From contig NC_045696.1 in NCBI RefSeq assembly GCF_009834535.1, forward strand, positions 91,514,001 to 91,578,000: a DNA stretch of 64,000 nucleotides, read 5' to 3'. Both the position numbers and the translations under genes were made by a program. This DNA comes from Camelus ferus (Eukaryota). Positions 1-17,015 of the stretch are shown here, one piece after another. The first letter of the stretch is position 1. Each line of letters starts with the position of its first letter. Below the pieces are notes generated by a model, which saw only the letters and a program-made list of their open reading frames with translations, was not told the DNA's origin and made no database searches.

Positions 1-59
1 ACACACCACACTGACAGAATAAACTCCTCTCTGTCCTTTCCATTCTCTGCCCACACCTT

Positions 60-195
60 CTGTAGTATACACAGCACATTGCCATCAGTTTTCCCCACTA
101 GACAGTAAGCTAGAGAAGAAAGAACCATCCTTTACCTGGAACATGGTAGCATTTAACAAGTTTTTGGCATATAGATGGATGATTGAATAATTCAT
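60..195 (+). mobile_element. LINE-2 3' end fragment
   Basis: ccccactagacagtaagct...cctggaacatggtagcatttaacaag...gatggatgattgaat resembles the L2 terminal region and tail. Confidence 0.55.
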
Positions 196-1126
196 GGATC
201 ACGTAAAGTGATGGGATGACTATGGAAGAAATAGGATTTGTTTTGAAATGCAACTGTAAAATCTAATTCTTTCTTACAGTTTAAAAAAAAAGCTTACTAA
301 ACTGAAACCTTGAAATAGCAACTTTTGTGAAGTAAACTTTATAAGAAAACATTGCTGTTTACAAGGTTCCAAATCCATACGGGTACCCAATTATAATATT
401 TTACTAAAAGGTTTCAATACACACATACACAATAGAATCCATAGTAAACTTGCTAATAACCCGTGAGCCTCGATGAGAAATAAGCTAAGATCAGCACCCA
501 ACACCATTCAGGGGTTAATTTCTATTTTTCCACCAGCATCACTATCCTAATTCTTCTGCTGCTCCTTATTGGGTCAACAACAGTCTTATCTTGAAAGGGG
601 AAAGTATACGTGCAGCAAAGCATGAGTCACTCCGTGGTTACCCACAAACAAATCAGGCATTGAAATGTGTCCTTTTGTACTTGGAGAATAAAAGATGAGA
701 CAATCCAATATATGGAGGAGGAGAAGCACACTTTAGAAAGGCAGACTAAAGTGAGTAAATCAGTCTATCACTACACACATTTAAAAGACATCGATTTAAA
801 GAATTTTTACATAGCTTCTTAAAATAAAGCATTTAATAGATTTTAAAAGAGTTCTAATCACCATCTTTTGGAGTAAATCTAATTTTTTATTGACCTATAC
901 AAATACATGAGGAATGAAATTTGTTTTTCAGCCACAAGCTCACCGATACAAAAGACATACAAGTGCATTTAGCAGCTACTGAGAATGAAGTCATCAAATA
1001 TTTCAGTGGTGTGGTCATATTTTGCCTTGGGTCTTATCCTTCCAACCTTCTCAGAAACTGCACAGCGTAGATTACTCTTCCTTTTTTCTCTTAAATAGAA
1101 TTTTCCATTCTTCATTTAAACTCCCA

Positions 1127-1380
1127 TTTTTTTCAATTGAAGTATTGTCGATTTACAATGTTGTGTTAATTTCTGGATACAGCATAGTGATTCATTTATA
1201 CATATATATACATACTCCTTTTCATATTCATTTTCATTATAGACCATTAAAAGGTATTGAATATAGTTCCCTGTACTATGCAGTAGGACCTTGTTTTTTA
1301 ATCCATCTTGTTTATAGTAGTCAGTATCTGAAAATCTCAAACTCCCAATTTATACCCCCCTCCCCCGCCCCCGGTAACCA
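1127..1380 (-). mobile_element. 5'-truncated L1 3' end (cetartiodactyl/camelid type)
   Basis: T-run followed by attgaagtattgtcgatttacaatgttgtg...gaatatagttccctgtactatgcagtaggacc...ggtaacca. Homologous to the copies at 6968, 35951, 37372 and 43713. Confidence 0.85.
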
Positions 1381-1449
1381 TTGGCTTTTAAATCCACTGA
1401 ACTGGCTTAAATCTCCTTTGCCTCCACCTACTGCCTCTCTGCCTCCTCT

Positions 1450-2935
1450 TGAAAGCCAAAAGAGTTGTCACTACTCACTCTGTATTTCCTGCCTCCTCCT
1501 CCTCCTGACTCAACCCTCTGTATTCTGGCTTCTAAACCCATTATGTCTGTGGTCATTAAGGTCGTGCAGGTCCCAGGTACTGGGTATATTTCAGTTCTTG
1601 TGTCACTTGCCTTTTAGCAGCATTCAATTCTGTTGGCCAATTGCTCCTCCTTCAAACATTTCTGCCTTTAGCTTCCATGACAAATCACTCCTCTGCTCTC
1701 CCTCCTACTCTTAGTGCTCCTTCTCAGCCTCCTTTCCAGGCCCACCTTTCTCTATCCAGCTCTTCACTGTTAGAGCATCTCACTTCCCCTCACTGTAACT
1801 CTCTCCCTGGTCAGTCTCCACTGGTTCCACAGCTTCCATAACCGCTTCCATGAGACAACTCCCAAATGTGTATCTGCAGTCCAGGCTCCTCCTCTGAACT
1901 CTAGATTTACTTCTCCCATCACCTGCTTGGTGCTTCAAAGGCATCTCAACTGCAGAACAAGATGTTGAAGAGAAAAAATAAAGTGCTATTGGCAACTTAC
2001 GACTTTTTTTAAAAAAGTCATCTCAAACTCAGTTTATTTAAATTAAAACTCGTAAATGCCCCACCCTTGCCCCTAAAAACATTTGATTTTTTTCCAGCAT
2101 TCCCCATCTCAATAAATACATCATCATTCATTCTGTTTCATCAACTCAGAATGAATGTCCTCTCCCTCACGCCTATCTAATCTCTCATCTAGTATTCTGG
2201 ATTTTACCTTCTCAATTACTCTCAACTCTGTCTACCTCCCTCCATCACCCTAGAGCAAACTACCATCACTTCTTACCTAAAATAATGGCAATAGTCTCCT
2301 GACTCAGCTACTTGGACCTTCAGATCTCCCTCAGAGATCTGCAGCCAGAATGTCCTCTTCAAAGCACAAATCTGATGGGACCACCCCCTGCAAAAAACCA
2401 TACAGTGGCTCCCCAAACTCCACATCATACTCCTGACAGCGTCACATGCAATGATCTCTCCCAGCCTCTTCAGCCTCCTCTTGTACCCCATACTGTCTGC
2501 TCCTCTCTGCTCTGGCCAGAAGGACTTCTTTTCAGTTTCCTATACTCACCACACTTCTTCCTGCCACCAGGCTTTTGTATCTGCTGTTCTTCTGCTAGGG
2601 GTGCCCTTTTCCGATCACCTCATTAATGTAGATCTTAGCCTTCCTATTATAACTCAGATTCACTGCCTCAGGGAAGCTTTCTATAACCTCCTGACTGATG
2701 CTAAGGTCCTCAAAGGACTTCGGACCTCTCCTTATAACATTTGTTACACCTGTCATCTTGTTTTTTGTTGTTGTTTTGGGTTCTTAAGGGGGGGTTGTGT
2801 GTGAATATTTGATTCATGTCTGTTTCCTCCAGTAAACTATTTCTTTGGAGGGAACACCTCTCATCCATCTATCCTCAATCCATAGCACACAATAGATACT
2901 CAATACATATTTACCAAATAAGTGAACAACCAATT
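1450..2935 (+). mobile_element. LINE-2, decayed RT-to-3' end segment
   Basis: L2-like blocks: caaccctctgtattctggcttc, gacaactcccaaatgtgtatctgcagtccagg...ctctgaactctag, gcagccagaatgtcctcttcaaagcacaaatctgat, and terminal ctcaatacatatttacc. Confidence 0.8.
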
Positions 2936-4104
2936 CTGTATCTTCTCAGAAAATTTTTAGCAAAATTTTTCTTAAGCAAGTGATGACAAAAAAACAAATT
3001 AATGAATTCACAGTGATTCATTTTAAGAGAAAAAAAAGTATTCAAATGGTGGCATTTGCGGTGTGCCTTTTGTGCCAAATTATTCTTCACGTAAACAGTA
3101 GTTTCTTAAATAAGTTCTTTTCAAAAGTACTATGAGAGATCATTTTATTTAACAGAGAATGAGGCATTGTGTGTGTGTATGTATGTATGTCAAATGTCAT
3201 GATGTATATGTTATAGATAAGCTTCCAGTGCAGACACTGTAAAACTTGTATTTACTGGCAAAAGGTTTGAGGCCAAGCGTTGAACCACAACAGACGGAAC
3301 TTGTGTTAAATAATTCCACAAACGCAGTGTAGACACACGTTGGAATACTCTTAAATACCAAGGATGTCTGTGCAGGTGGAACAATGGCTAACACAAGCTC
3401 AACTTGTACAGCCCAGACAAGATGACCCTCCTTATCACCGATCTGGTACAAGGATGTCAGATCTGTTTTTCCTCATTTAAGGAAACTTCTACAATGTTCA
3501 GGAAGTGTGGGAAAGCACTCGACTTTTAAAACTATCTAAAACCCTATAGCCAGATGTTGCCCACAGTACCTACCCATGAGATCATATTAATGGGATGACA
3601 ACACGGGACCAACATGGGAAATGAGTGTGGACCCCTTTCTTATTTAAAGTTCAAGTCTAAGACTGAGCAGTTCTCTCCATTCCTTTCCACCATTTCTTCT
3701 CTTTTCCCACGGGTCCCTATCACTCATTAGTGGGCAAGTCTGGGCCAGTCCTCTTTGATAGCTTCCCATAAAGGCACAAAGGTGACCATACTTACTGCTC
3801 AGAACTACTAAACAGGTTACCTTCTTGCCAAGTGACCTTAGAACTTTTGTTTCATTGATGAAACAATAAATGAGCCAAATCCCACAAACACTGATTCTGA
3901 GCATTTTTCTCTACAACTCTGTTAACTTAAGCCAAGGACACACATATGATCTTATACTGCTGTCCTAGTCTTGAATTTTATAGAAAGGTCATGACAATTT
4001 TCTTCCCACTATTGCTTTTATAGTTTTACTATCTTGGATATTATATGACCTAGTACTGTCATCTAACATGAAGCTATTATCATTTCCTAGAAGTTTTTGA
4101 GCTA

Positions 4105-4270
4105 AATTAGAATCACCTGGGTGTCCTGTTAAAAATGCAGGGCCCCTCACCCTACCCCAAAATTATGATTCATTAGGTTTGGGGTGGTGCCCTAGAATGT
4201 GCATTTTAACAAGCCAGCAAGTGATTTCAATGTAGGTGGCCCTCAGAACACAGTTGGAAAACATTGCTCT
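4105..4270. mobile_element. MER5A-like hAT-Charlie MITE
   Basis: tagaatcacctggg...tgttaaaaatgcag...gtgcattttaacaag...gtgatt...ttggaaaacattgctcta. Confidence 0.75.
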
Positions 4271-5569
4271 ACAGGCTTATAAAATAATAGTTCTGAGGCT
4301 TTTTTTAGATCACTATTTCAACAATTAATAAAGAAGCCTAGAAAGCAGACTGTGTTTTGATGGATGTGAAATTATTGAGAAAGGAAGCCATTTCAGTCAC
4401 ACATCAAAGTATCCTTAAAGGGCAGCTGTCAAATTGAATTTGTCCTATTTTAGACCCCACACATCTTATGAGATGTTGCAAAATCAATGCTGGATTATGC
4501 CTTATTGTTTATTCACTACTGATAGGGAAATATGACCCCCCCCCAAACACTGCCTGGATATTCATATGAAACATGCCATTCATTACAATCCTTAATGATT
4601 TCAGAAACCACAGACAGGCCACTAAATATGGCTCCTCCTCACTTAATATTTCTTTAAGCATTTCCTCTGTAATCAGAGTTGGCTTTATTAGAACCAGCAC
4701 ACACACACGAAAATCAGTAAAACCATGGAAGGGAATTGAAGTAAATTTGAGACTCTCAATACATACAAAGAAATTCCCTACAGACTCTGTAGGAGGTGTG
4801 GTTCCCAGAAGCAGTGATTTCAAGGGAAATTTTTTTAAAAGACATACTTTTCCTCAGTTCTTATTTTAAAACTATATATCTGAGATTTACATTTTTCTTC
4901 CAGAAAATGCTTTCTGTTGAAGGTATTTGTCTTTAATAACCAGGAAAGAATATCTAAGAAATCAAATATCACAAATTATATTCATGACAGTCATAATTAT
5001 TTGTGCACAGTGCAATACTTTCAAGAAAAAAGTTGCATAAGCCAAAAAGCACACAGTATAAGGAATTTTTGAGTCTGGATGGAAGTCGGTGTACAGTGTG
5101 AATAGTAGTTATGGGCAGGGATAGAAGTCACCATCTTCTGTCCTAAGAACAAACAGAACGTCTGGAAGAAAAGAGAGCAACCACCAATGATGTGGAAAAC
5201 TCTTCAAGGCAGCCCAATCCATTATTGGATTTGCTTGAAAATGGCAGTCTTGGTAAATAAATGGATCGATCACTCAAAAACAGAAGAGTTCACCTCCCTT
5301 TTGGGACTCTTTGAATTGCCTGTCACATCTCAAGTTCAAAGCTGGCAGTCCTTGAACCTTAAAAGGATTTCCCATCCTACTCTGAATTCTCTCTCTATTC
5401 CTAACACTTCCATACAAGTTCCATTATAATCTTAATTGGAGGGAGGGAGACTGGTTTTATCCTAAAGCCATTAGGATATGGTATTTATTTAAAAAAAAAA
5501 CAAAACACCTGTTCATCATCACTGTAAAAGATGATGATGATTTTATGTTCATGATCATGGTCATGAATG

Positions 5570-5940
5570 TAATGATAGTAGCTACTATTTGTTGATCCCT
5601 TAGTATGTACCAAGACTTAGTTAAGTAAGGCCACTGTTAACCCTTACAGCATTTTTGGGTGCCTTTATGATGTCCATTTGGGGATGTATGACTTAAACAG
5701 CAAAATTCAGGCTGAATTTCAGCCCATACTCACCCCTTGGCTAAGTGCTCTTATCCAGTGAACAACCTGCATAACCATTCATAGCGGCCCTGTTGTGAAG
5801 CATGACAACTCTAAAGAGGAGAAAACTGAAGCTTAGTGAAGTTAAATAATTTGCACAAGATCAGTCAGCTGTTATGTAGCAGATTCTGGACTTCAGCTGA
5901 GGTCTGGCTCCAAAGTCATTGCCCTGTCCCATTAACTATA
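5570..5940 (-). mobile_element. MIR SINE interrupted by MER91A
   Basis: MIR reverse-strand 3' end (aatgatagtagctact...tagtatgtaccaagac) and core (gaggagaaaactgaagcttagtgaagttaaataatttgcacaagatc) lie on either side of the 5626-5792 insert. Confidence 0.7.
5626..5792 (-). mobile_element. MER91A-like hAT-Tip100 MITE
   Basis: Internal caggctgaatttcagccc...cagtgaacaacctgcataacc and terminal gcggccctg. Flanking 8-mers tagttaag / ttgtgaag match 6 of 8, consistent with a decayed hAT TSD. Confidence 0.7.
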
Positions 5941-6479
5941 GGCCTATACCAGAGAAAGTCTTTGGTACAGCCCTGTATGATTCATCATAGTAAGGAGTAA
6001 ACATGGCATTCAACACACAATGTTTAAATTATAATTGGCTACAGATATATTCACAATTGCAACAAATCTTAAAACAAGTTGGAGACCTTGAATTATTGAA
6101 CTTGTGCTCTTGAGATAAGAGGAGTTGTATGACTACAGAAATTAGTTTACATTATGTTACATTACAAAGCATTAGCTTCCACTTTGCATGATGCCAAAGG
6201 TCTTTTGGATTGGTCTCTCCTTGAATCTCACACTCGTTTCTTCCTCTCCAAGTCCCACCAGATTTTCATCACATAGAATTAGTGACAGTTCCTAGAATGC
6301 ATTTCATGCCCCCTCTCTCAGCCTCAGCCCTTTGCATGTGATTTTATTTTTCAGAATACGCTTCCTCCCTTCACCTTCATCACTACTCCTTGCCCTTCAG
6401 AATTCAGCTCAGACGTCTACTCCAGGAAGCTTTCCTGCTTCCTACACCCAGTATAGAATGGGTGTCACTCCAGGGTGTT

Positions 6480-6852
6480 CCAATCTCCTTACCGCTGACT
6501 TTCAGGTACATTCTGGCAGGAGAGATCAGAGGGAGGGAGCAGAGTGAGGCTGGCTTGCTTATTCCCAATTCCCTCCCTGCTTGATTACTTCAGGTTGACT
6601 GTCCTCGCCCAAGTCCACAGGTCCTGTCAAGCAGCACTCTGCATACAGGTCTCCCTCTGGGTCCTAACTCTTCTCTCTTCTTTCCTTTCCAACCAGAGAG
6701 GGATGTTATGCCTCCCCATGGTTCCTGGCTTCAGAGTACTATAGTGCTTTTCCTACTCCTTTCCCATATCTGTGTAACAGCCCCTTTATTAACTCCTTTC
6801 AATTACCCAGCTTGATCTGCCCTCTGTTTCCTGCCAGGACCATGCCTGATCC
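6480..6852 (+). mobile_element. LTR33-like ERVL LTR (3' part)
   Basis: gagatcagagggagggagcagagtgaggctgg...cccctttattaactcctttcaattacccagcttgatctgccctctgtttcctgccaggaccatgcctgatcca matches the LTR33 3' end as I recall it. Confidence 0.65.
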
Positions 6853-6967
6853 ATAGCTGGTCCCATCTTGGGTCCATGAGGCTTCATGCATGTGCTGCTA
6901 GACCTTCACAGGCCCTACCCTTAGTCCTTAAGAAAAGCAAAGTCCTTTCTAATGGGGCTTCAGAAGA

Positions 6968-7280
6968 GTTTTATTTTATTTTATTTTTTATTGAAGTATA
7001 GTTGATTTACAATGTTAGCTTCAGGTGCACAGCAAAGTGATTCATATATATATATATTATACATATATATGTATATTTTCAGATTCTTTTCCATTATAGC
7101 TTATTACAAGGTTTTGAATATAGTTCCCTGTGCTATATATTAGATCCTTGTTGTTTATCTATTTTATATATAATAGTGTGTATCTGTTAATCCCAAACTC
7201 CTAATTTATCTCTCTCCCCCACTTTTGCCTTTGGTAACCATAGTTTGTTTTCTGTGTTCATGAGTCTATTTCTGGTTTGC
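6968..7280 (-). mobile_element. 5'-truncated L1 3' end
   Basis: (TTTTA)n tail, then ttattgaagtatagttgatttacaatg...gaatatagttccctgtgctata...ggtaaccatagtttgttttctg. Confidence 0.87.
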
Positions 7281-10200
7281 AGAATACTTCTCAAATGAAG
7301 TCCAATATGACCTCCCATGACTGTTTGATAATTGGGATCTTACACCAAAAAATCTTGAATTTCCTGCAGACCCTCCATCTTCAGCCCATGACTTTGATCA
7401 AAGCAACAGCTTTATGAACTTGCTTCTGAGTTTGTTGATTCTTCCAGCTTCTTTAAGTGTTTTTCTTTTCATGTGCCTTCCCTCACATGTCCTTCTTGTT
7501 ACCTCAGGCCTTCTCTGCACTCTTCCTAGAAGATCCTTTCTCCCTTCTTCAGTGGGAGCCCAGGTTTCGTGTCATCCTCTCCCAGTTAGAAGTAGAATTT
7601 CCTTTCTTTGAGTTCTGTAATCTTGGCTTTTACTTCTCTGGTGGCACTTGCCAAACTTTATATTGAGTTGTAGAATTTGTAAAATGCTTTATCTCCCCAC
7701 AAGATGATATTCAAGTTCCATCCGAGTTGGGCTTTGTGACTCCCTCAGATGTAAACACAGTGCCTTGCACCTTATTTGTGCTCAAAAGTATGTGTTGGAT
7801 TGGATATGGTTGGTAGATTAACAGAGGAATATTCTTTATTGGTTTAAGGTATCTGTATCTGATATTATTTCACTCTTAATTCACCAACTTTATGTTAAGA
7901 CCAACACCTTCAAATTTCATCTTTTATCAACATAAAATCTTTTCAACTTTTGGTGCACAAAAAGGAATACAATTAATGTATAAACATTTGTATTAGCATT
8001 CCAAAAGACTTTTAAGTTGATAAAAATCCTTTCTAATGGGGCTTCAGAAGAACTATGGTAATAGTTTGGGTTCCAGTTGCACTAGAGAATTCAGTTTAAT
8101 ATTCCATAGTTTTTTCAGCCAACTGATAATTTTAAAAAGGAACAGATTCAGGTCAGTAGAGAATGTCTTAGCCAAATTGTGGTTCTGTGAATGAAATAAT
8201 GTGTTAACTGGCAAGTGAGAAAATATTTAAATACCCTATATGCGCATGATTATTCCCTCATAGTCTCATAACACATGTTATTTCTCGAGTGAAATATGAT
8301 CATCCTTAAAAAGAATTAGTTCCCTGATTGACCATCAAGAGATCGTGATACCGTATGAGAATTATTGCTTACAAGGACATGCTATGGGCAACAGACCTAT
8401 TAAAAGGATACATGGCGGGTCACGCATATGCTAGACATAATTATAAGAAATTGTTTTTTGGACATGGAATAGCCGCTGGAAAAAAAAATTTAAGTCTTTC
8501 TTTTTTTGCCTTTTGAAACTATTTTAAAGTCAATCTTATGGCTACAAGTAGCCTGATGTTTACGAATTATTTGCAGCTAACTGTGATGCCTAAATTGGGG
8601 CCCTAACATGCAGCTAGTTTAAAGTGCTGCTAACATTCCTTCCTAAAACCCTTTCCATGGGCTTTTCCCCTGGGACCCACTTTCCCTGGACTACAATGAA
8701 AAGTCTTTACTTAGCAGCATTTCTCCACCGTTCTTCATCCTTTCTTTCTCAAGTAAGCCTGTCATTCTGTCTGGAGTCTCTCACGGTTGTTATGGGCATA
8801 GGGGTCTGTGGGTATGCTATCCCAGCCACTCCATGTCTCAAACAATTCCTTTAGCTATTTGGTCAAATATGACTTTTGTCACATACACTTCAGGTGAAAC
8901 ATTTGGTCCTGCCTTGAGGAGATTCGGATCTACATTTAGAAGAACTTGTAACTAATTCTCTATGTCAGATCCAGAAGGATCTATGTACTTAAATATTACT
9001 TAAACCAATCATGATTTCAAATCAACTCAGATATCATGACTATTTCAAATGTTTCTTTGAGTAAATATGAAAAACTAAGACTGGAAAAAAGCATACTGTT
9101 ACTAAATAACATTGAGTTATATTAAATCACCTTACCACTAAAACCAAGGCAAGAAAGCAATATGGTTACAGTTGGTGAAGTAAATTCCTTAATGAGAATA
9201 GGGAGCAGAGGGTGGGGGAGTTCTTTGCTACTGACATAGTGTCCTAAGATTAATTTCTTTATTTTGATTTTTCATCTCTCAACAGCTTTGTAAAGCTGAT
9301 AGGTAGGAGCTATTATTGTTTCCTCTTTGATAGTCAGAAAATAGTAGTTAAATCAAATCTAACTCTTCTGAAATCTTACTCAAAAAATCTTTGAACATTA
9401 CAATTAGATTAGCAGGTTTTTTTCTAATTCAAAAGCATGGGAAATGGATGTATTAGAAAAAAAATTTGGCTTGGGTATTTCCTTGGTTTTTTTAGTTAGT
9501 TTGTTTGTTTTCTCTTCCATCTCCTCTTGGTTCTTCCCCTCCTCTTCCCAGACTGGCTGCTGCGCCCTTCATAACTCAACAGCATGTGTTAGTAGTCATT
9601 CATGGAAACCCTGGCCTAGGCCAACACTGGGAGCACACTGTGAGCAAACTTTCCCTGTCCTCTAGGTTGAATAGCACTTGGGGAAGACATGGTGTCCCAT
9701 GTATTTAGCTGCCACACAAAGAAAGCAAGCACTGTGTTGATGGCAAATTTAATTTTACAAAGAGCAACTAGCTTTAAGAAAGGTCTACATCAGATGACTC
9801 CTAGTAAATCAAAGCTGAACACTGAGATAATTTTCTTCAAACTGATTGTCAATGATTCTTAAGTTTCCGCTTTCCCTGCCCTCTACTATGCATCATCCAA
9901 GCCACCATGAAGTGTCCCAGAAAATAGGAGACGCTTCTCATCACTGATACCTCAGTTCAGATGTCACCTTGAATGTCCATGCTCTTTCCTGACCACTTAC
10001 ATGCTTGTGCACCAACCCCCAAGTCACTCACTCCCTATTGTCTCTTCATCATAACCCTATCCCTATCTGACAATGTATTTCATGTGTTGTTCCAGTTATT
10101 AGCCTTAATTCAGGATTGACAATGGACCATCCAACTAACTAGTCATCAGACAAGAAAGGAAAAACACCAAGTTAACTTTAATAGAACTTTGTTTATAAAA

Positions 10201-10609
10201 ACTATACATTTCATCATTCTTAACCTGACAGTGCTGTCAAGGTGGGCAAACCCTCTGTCTATTTGACCTACATTAGAAATCATCAGTTATTTGACTTATA
10301 TTTAAAAAGATGGTAGGATGGGAAGGATAAGTTGTGTCATGTGGTCAAAGAGGTGATGTCCAGATTACACAGTGATAGAACAACTTTCATCACTTCCAAG
10401 GTGCTCTGAAAATTGAACATAAATGTATATAAGTAAGTTTTGTCATACCACCCTGAAATCAGATGCTTTCACGTGAATTTGAAGAGTGAATCTTGTGGAG
10501 TTGGTAAAACAAATGAAATTCTTCAGTTCAACATCTAAACTTCTGTCATCATAATGGATCATCGAATTCTCTGGTAATGTGTAATCATACACATGCTACT
10601 TCAATGTTA

Positions 10610-10975
10610 AATGAATCCATTCATTCCACAAATATGTATAGACTATGTACTATTTGCCAGGCACTATGTTAGATGCCTGGTGTAACAACAGTGAACAAAA
10701 AAAGAGCTTTCTGTTGAATGGGAAAGAAAGACATTAATGAGGTAAAACCCAATAACCACCTGCCAATGATGATGCCTGATAAAGAAACACTCTGAGTGCT
10801 ATGAGAACATATAGCAGGCTGACTCACTTGGGTCTGGGTTTGGGGAAGATCTCCCAGAGGAAGCAATGTTTGAGTTGAAACATAAGATGATTGGTTTTTG
10901 ACTAACTGAAGATTCGAATATAGAGAGTGGAGGTAAAGTGTGTTCCAGGCAGTGGAAATATGTTCAGAAGAGTTG
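10610..10975 (-). mobile_element. LINE-2 3' end
   Basis: catttcattccacaaatatg...tactatttgccaggcactatgttagatgcctgg...tgttccaggcagtggaa. Confidence 0.7.
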
Positions 10976-11383
10976 AGTAAATTTGCCTTTGCAGCTGTTG
11001 AGGATTCAGACAAACACATCTTTTGGAACACTACATTGACTCTTGCTGCCAAATAGCTAAATATTCTTGGTTTGTGATTATAAAGCTGTATTTCTAAGCA
11101 GTTCATGCAGGAAGAATACAATGAAACGAAGGATTTAGGAAGCACAGAAAGCTTGAACCTTAAAAATTGCTAACCAGATGCTCTTTTTGTGAACTATATT
11201 CCTTTCGCGAATCTGAGTAAGGGCTTTCAACACTTTCTCATTATCGTATCTAAATTGTGCATTCTTTCAGGGAAAAGGGGGGAAAGGTTAACCAAATTCA
11301 TCATTTATTAGCCCACTTTCCAAATATATTTACTTGGTTCTGGTTCACTGTATAATTCTGACTTTTGATCACTTGCCAAATAA

Positions 11384-15401
<4,018 letters not shown>

Positions 15402-15638
15402 AAAGACGACCCTGATGACTCCCCAATAGAACTCAGCAAAGTACAGAGTGTGAAAGTTGTGGCCAAGAAACGCAGGGACCGCTCTCTCCCTCGGGCTTTT
15501 GAAATCTTCACAGACAATAAAACCTATGTGTTCAAGGCCAAGGATGAGAAGAATGCAGAAGAGTGGCTCCAATGTATCAACGTGGCAGTCGCCCAAGCAA
15601 AAGAGAGAGAAAGTAGGGAAGTAACCACATATCTGTAG
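15402..15638 (+). CDS. VEPH1: VEPH1 last coding exon (second half of the PH domain, stop codon)
   Basis: Pyrimidine tract and tttcAG acceptor at 15400-15401. Phase 0 start joins in frame to the previous exon (...[83 protein letters not shown]). The conserved PH-domain C-terminal helix Trp is present (EEWL). TAG at 15636-15638. Confidence 0.97.
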   Translation, partial: KDDPDDSPIELSKVQSVKVVAKKRRDRSLPRAFEIFTDNKTYVFKAKDEKNAEEWLQCINVAVAQAKERESREVTTYL

Positions 15639-17015
15639 GGATTTACAAGCCGATCTCACACCAGTTGTATACAGTGGGCATTGCACTATCACTGCCAATG
15701 TCACGGAAAAGAGGTTCATTCACCACGTCATGCTGTTCTTTACTCAATACCAGTGGGAGAGTTTTCCCCAGGAAGCAGGACCTAAAAGTAACAGGACCCT
15801 GAGTACGTTTCAGATCCTAATGGCACTTGCGTTAACTGCAGAACATCTGTGAGAGGCATACTGGAAAAGGAGCTACAGGTGGTATGGAACCAGAAACAGG
15901 AGGGTAGGGATCTAGAAACTTCTGTCATTGTACATTGTAAGGAAACAGCTTTAAAAGGTATCCGAACTGCCTCTCCTGAGGAAAGATTAGGTACTTCTGA
16001 TGAAAAACGGTCTGTCAAAACTATTAAAAGAGAAGAAACAAAAACAAAAACAAAACCCTACAAGGAAAAGTCAAATTGATGGACACTGAGGAAAACCACC
16101 TTCTGACAGATAAATAATTACATTTATCCTCTCCTAATACCAATGAGAATAACATGTGGTAAAATGGTTCTCATTAAGCCAATTATGTAATTAAGCGTCT
16201 GTCCTTTAGAACTCCTTATTTGAGTATTTGAGTATTCCTTTCAGGTTCATATAATATGATTTAAAGTTTAGATACTTGGAAGTATCTCCTGCCCAAGGCA
16301 GTAAGTGTGAGCTTAAATAAGCGTAGAAAACCATTTTCTCCATCTTCAAAATATGTGCTGATTCCATTACTTTGAGATTTTTAAGTTCTATACTTTTCTT
16401 CTTTGTATTCAACATTTTAATACCTCCAAATTACAAACATTTACTGTTTTTTGCCATGACCCATAATTTTTTTAAAAAATTAAGCTGTGGTAGGCAGAAT
16501 TCTAGGATGACTCCCAATAACTCCCAATGACCGTAGTGTAACTTCCTCCTCCTGAATGTGGTGGGACCTGTAACTTGCTTTTGACTAATAGAATGTGGCA
16601 AAAGGGATAGGATAGTCTCTCCCATGATTGTGTTACACTACATGGCAATGGTGAAGAAATTTTGCAGATGTAATTAAGGTCCTTAATCAGCTGACTTTGA
16701 GTTAATTGAGAGGAAATGAGCCTGTGTGGGCCTGATGTAATCAACTGAGCCCTTGGAAAGAGGGTGAACAAGTCAGAGACTCTCTCCCACTGGCCTTTAA
16801 TAAGCTGCCATGAGTTCTACAGCTTCAAGGAAATGAATTTTGCCACAAGCAGTGAGCTTGAAAGGGAATCCTGAGACTCAAATAAGAGCCTAGCCCCAGC
16901 CGCACCTTGATTGTAGCTTTGCGACACTCTGAACGGAGGACCCAGCTAAGCTATGCTTGGACTCCTGACCCACGGAAACTTTGAGATAATAAATACATGC
17001 TGTTTTAAGCTGCTA
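15639..17015 (+). other. VEPH1: VEPH1 3' UTR (3' end uncertain)
   Basis: Follows the stop codon. Candidate poly(A) signals are ATTAAA 16023-16028, AATAAA 16988-16993 and ATTAAA 17108-17113. The true end cannot be determined from sequence alone. Confidence 0.45.

Noticed and set aside
607..629. TACGTG (HIF-like) and TGAGTCA (AP-1) motifs close together
   Set aside because: Two short motifs are expected by chance in 64 kb, and I cannot assess conservation here.
1022..1714. Longest ORF in the track (230 aa)
   Set aside because: It runs through an antisense L1 3' UTR and an L2 fossil, starts at a non-ATG codon, and has no recognisable domain.
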